A stretch of 19,847 nucleotides of DNA, filler included, from an uncultured virus (IMG/VR IMGVR_UViG_2049941000_000114) (taxonomy: Duplodnaviria > Heunggongvirae > Uroviricota > Caudoviricetes). It is 6 parts of one record of this genome, joined end to end, with 100 filler letters (N's around TTAATTAATTAA, not from the genome) between each part and the next. Parts side by side here need not be neighbours in the genome. Positions count along the whole stretch, not along the records: positions 17,656 to 19,847 come from IMGVR_UViG_2049941000_000114; 5 more parts are not named here. One strand, given 5' to 3'. Position numbers and translations under genes: made by a program. Of the stretch, positions 17,656 through 19,847 are shown in pieces. The notes beneath the pieces were generated by a model, which was given only the letters and a program-made list of their open reading frames with translations, had not been told where the DNA came from and did no database searches. Within the stretch, counting starts at the first letter, position 1; the number at the start of each line of letters is the position of its first letter.

Positions 17656-17962
17656 CGCTTTTCTTGCCATGAGATCAGCAAATAACGCGTTGACCTGTAT
17701 ATCTTTTTCTTCTTGCGTAAGTTCGCGTTCTTCTTCAACGGCTTTTTCAAACAGTTCATGTGGTTTTTCGGGGTACGTAAATTTCGTTGCCCCTTTACCG
17801 CTAAACATATTGCCGACCGTTGCTAAAAGCGCTTCAACAAAGTATTGACCTTGTAAATGCGCAAGTAAGTTCTTTTCTTCAAGTTTTTTGATGTGCGCTT
17901 TCTGGCACAACATAACTTTTCTTGGCGTCATACGCCAAAAATCAAAATAACTAATTCCGATA
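17656..17962 (-). CDS. Tail chaperone T-domain fragment, divergent allele (IGISYFDFWRMTPRKV...DLMARKA)
   Basis: G.S..DFW.MTP motif; aligns with 18888-19190. Confidence 0.8.
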
Positions 17963-18887
17963 NNNNNNNNNNNNNNNNNNNNNNNNNNNNNNNNNNNNNN
18001 NNNNNNNNNNNNNNNNNNNNNNNNNNNNNNNNNNNNNNNNNNNNNNNNNNNNNNNNNNNNNNNNNNNNNNNNNNNNNNNNNNNNNNNNNNNNNNNNNNNN
18101 NNNNNNNNNNNNNNNNNNNNNNNNNNNNNNNNNNNNNNNNNNNNNNNNNNNNNNNNNNNNNNNNNNNNNNNNNNNNNNNNNNNNNNNNNNNNNNNNNNNN
18201 NNNNNNNNNNNNNNNNNNNNNNNNNNNNNNNNNNNNNNNNNNNNNNNNNNNNNNNNNNNNNNNNNNNNNNNNNNNNNNNNNNNNNNNNNNNNNNNNNNNN
18301 NNNNNNNNNNNNNNNNNNNNNNNNNNNNNNNNNNNNNNNNNNNNNNNNNNNNNNNNNNNNNNNNNNNNNNNNNNNNNNNNNNNNNNNNNNNNNNNNNNNN
18401 NNNNNNNNNNNNNNNNNNNNNNNNNNNNNNNNNNNNNNNNNNNNNNNNNNNNNNNNNNNNNNNNNNNNNNNNNNNNNNNNNNNNNNNNNNNNNNNNNNNN
18501 NNNNNNNNNNNNNNNNNNNNNNNNNNNNNNNNNNNNNNNNNNNNNNNNNNNNNNNNNNNNNNNNNNNNNNNNNNNNNNNNNNNNNNNNNNNNNNNNNNNN
18601 NNNNNNNNNNNNNNNNNNNNNNNNNNNNNNNNNNNNNNNNNNNNNNNNNNNNNNNNNNNNNNNNNNNNNNNNNNNNNNNNNNNNNNNNNNNNNNNNNNNN
18701 NNNNNNNNNNNNNNNNNNNNNNNNNNNNNNNNNNNNNNNNNNNNNNNNNNNNNNNNNNNNNNNNNNNNNNNNNNNNNNNNNNNNNNNNNNNNNNNNNNNN
18801 NNNNNNNNNNNNNNNNNNNNNNNNNNNNNNNNNNNNNNNNNNNNNNNNNNNNNNNNNNNNNNNNNNNNNNNNNNNNNNNNNNNNNNN

Positions 18888-19220
18888 TGCTTTTCTTGCC
18901 ATAAGATCAGCAAAAAGCGCTTTGACTTGTGTATCTTTTTCATCTTGCGTAAGTTCGCGCTCAACGTGTTTCTCAAACAGTTCGTGCGGTTTTTCGGGGT
19001 AAGTAAATTTACTCGCCCCTTTACCGCTAAACATATTGCCGACCGTTGCCAACAGCGCTTCAACAAAGTATTCACCCTGTAGATGCGCAAGAAAGTTTTT
19101 TTCTTCTAATTGTTTTTCATGTGCTTTAAAGCACAACATGACTTGATGTGGCGTCATGTTCCAAAAGTCTTTGTAACTAATTCCGATCGCTAATGACTCA
19201 ATTAGCCATGTATTCTCTAT
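18888..19220 (-). CDS. Tail chaperone T domain (IENTWLIESLAIGISYKDFWNMTP...YPEKP...DLMARKA)
   Basis: G.S..DFW.MTP and YP.KP motifs; fits the gap at 14275-14284 at both ends. Confidence 0.82.
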
Positions 19221-19230
19221 NNNNNNNNNN

Positions 19231-19347
19231 ACTGTTACAGCGATTGAACCATCTGCGTCGCCACGACCCGCTACATATCTTGTAACTTCGTCCTCCAATG
19301 CTGACGCGTCAATGTTCTCGGAAGTAATAGTAAGACCGCCGATAGAA
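19231..19347 (-). CDS. Major tail protein internal fragment, another allele
   Basis: SIGGLTITSENIDASALEDEVTRYVAGRGDADGSIAVT. Confidence 0.88.
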
Positions 19348-19389
19348 AGATCGGAAGAGCGGTTCAGCAGGAATGCCGAGACCGATCTC
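19348..19389 (+). other. Illumina paired-end adapter contamination
   Basis: AGATCGGAAGAGCGGTTCAGCAGGAATGCCGAGACCGATCTC. Confidence 0.98.
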
Positions 19390-19399
19390 NNNNNNNNNN

Positions 19400-19455
19400 G
19401 TTTCGTAGCCTACGAAAAGTTTAATCCCTAATGTGGATATACCTGCTACCGCCAT
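19400..19455 (-). CDS. Major tail protein N-terminus, divergent allele (MAVAGISTLGIKLFVGYE)
   Basis: AAGGAG RBS then ATG; homologous to the 15902 start. Confidence 0.85.
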
Positions 19456-19536
19456 TTTTTAATCTCCTTTCGAAAGAAATTTTGCAAACAAAAAGAACGC
19501 CGAAGCGTTCTCTCTGTCGTTTTTTTAGTTCTATAA

Positions 19537-19650
19537 TCACCCCTTATTGGGGAAATTATCGATTATTTGTTGAATAGTCCTTCCCATTTTTATATGGTAA
19601 CGCATTTTTGCCACGGTAAATCCTAATATATGCGCCCACCGTTCGTCTTG
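19537..19650 (-). CDS. C-terminus of an unknown gene with an HTH-like repeat (WAHILGFTVAKMRYHIKMGRTIQQII); a similar piece lies at 19661-19723 (SAMYNRVVKKGMDIQDAV)
   Basis: Open frame to TGA 19539-19537; resembles C-terminal DNA-binding repeats of phage HNH homing endonucleases. Confidence 0.5.
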   Translation of the reverse strand, partial: QDERWAHILGFTVAKMRYHIKMGRTIQQIIDNFPNKG

Positions 19651-19736
19651 NNNNNNNNNNGCACTCCATAACGGCATCCTGTATATCCATACCTTTCTTA
19701 ACGACTCTGTTATACATGGCGCTNNNNNNNNNNGTT

Positions 19737-19777
19737 ACCTCCGACTTGATTATACATCAAAAGATGCTTTTTCTCAA
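19737..19777 (-). promoter_or_regulatory. Sigma70/SigA-type promoter and RBS
   Basis: TTGAGA (19777-19772), 17-nt spacer, TATAAT (19754-19749), then GGAGGT (19742-19737). Confidence 0.7.
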
Positions 19778-19847
19778 TTCTTCTTACCAAAATACTTACA
19801 GACGCATCGACAATTTACAACCTCTTTAGCGTCGGCGCCTAAACTTT
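19774..19847 (-). CDS. C-terminus of a MuF / SPP1 gp7-like minor head protein
   Basis: SLGADAKEVVNCRCVCKYFGKKN-stop; E..NCRC is the family's C-terminal motif. Confidence 0.72.
   Translation of the reverse strand, partial: SLGADAKEVVNCRCVCKYFGKKN

Noticed and set aside
5185..19002. Plus-strand and N-spanning ORFs in the phage region, and ORFs at 358-694
   Set aside because: Antisense shadows of real genes, artefacts of N runs, or hairpin-rich intergenic DNA
19348..19389. Foreign insert in the major tail gene
   Set aside because: Illumina adapter
4643..19455. Shufflon or cassette system of duplicated tail genes
   Set aside because: Copies are gap-bounded, all on the same strand, include core genes, and no recombinase or crossover sites are visible; strain bubbles explain them
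274..19847. Phage as a Fibrobacter prophage, or FISUMP genes as phage cargo
   Set aside because: They are on separate scaffolds; the phage has Firmicutes-style RBSs and genes; no physical link

Overview
This window is not one locus. It is a concatenation of six short-read, metagenome-type scaffolds joined by 100-nt spacers (44 N + TTAATTAATTAA + 44 N) at 174-273, 1625-1724, 2689-2788, 4543-4642 and 17556-17655. It also has many 10-N gaps that separate strain-variant bubbles, and one Illumina adapter (19348-19389). Positions 274-4542 look like Fibrobacter DNA: several Fib_succ_major/FISUMP (TIGR02145-type) genes or fragments and a CoA-enzyme activase fragment. Positions 4643-19847 are scrambled, multi-allele pieces of a Firmicutes-type siphovirus morphogenesis operon on the minus strand. 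Overlapping ends let it be rebuilt as: HK97-gp10-like, tail terminator, major tail protein, tail chaperone G/GT, tape measure (~1130 aa), Dit-like, hub/fibre protein (571 aa), small ORF, fibre-like protein. Best signals: (1) two adjacent predicted -1 ribosomal frameshifts, each with a correctly spaced stem-loop, one appending a cadherin-like domain to the tail tube protein and one making the G/GT chaperone; (2) a covarying structured RNA leader on the tail tube gene, plus hairpins at four consecutive gene junctions; (3) a FISUMP pair with a DGR-like hypervariable 3' end and a GNA-triloop hairpin at the stop codon, with no RT or template visible; (4) a variant-specific gene upstream of the tail tube gene and a consensus promoter after a MuF-type gene. 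All calls come from reading the sequence by eye; no database search was run.
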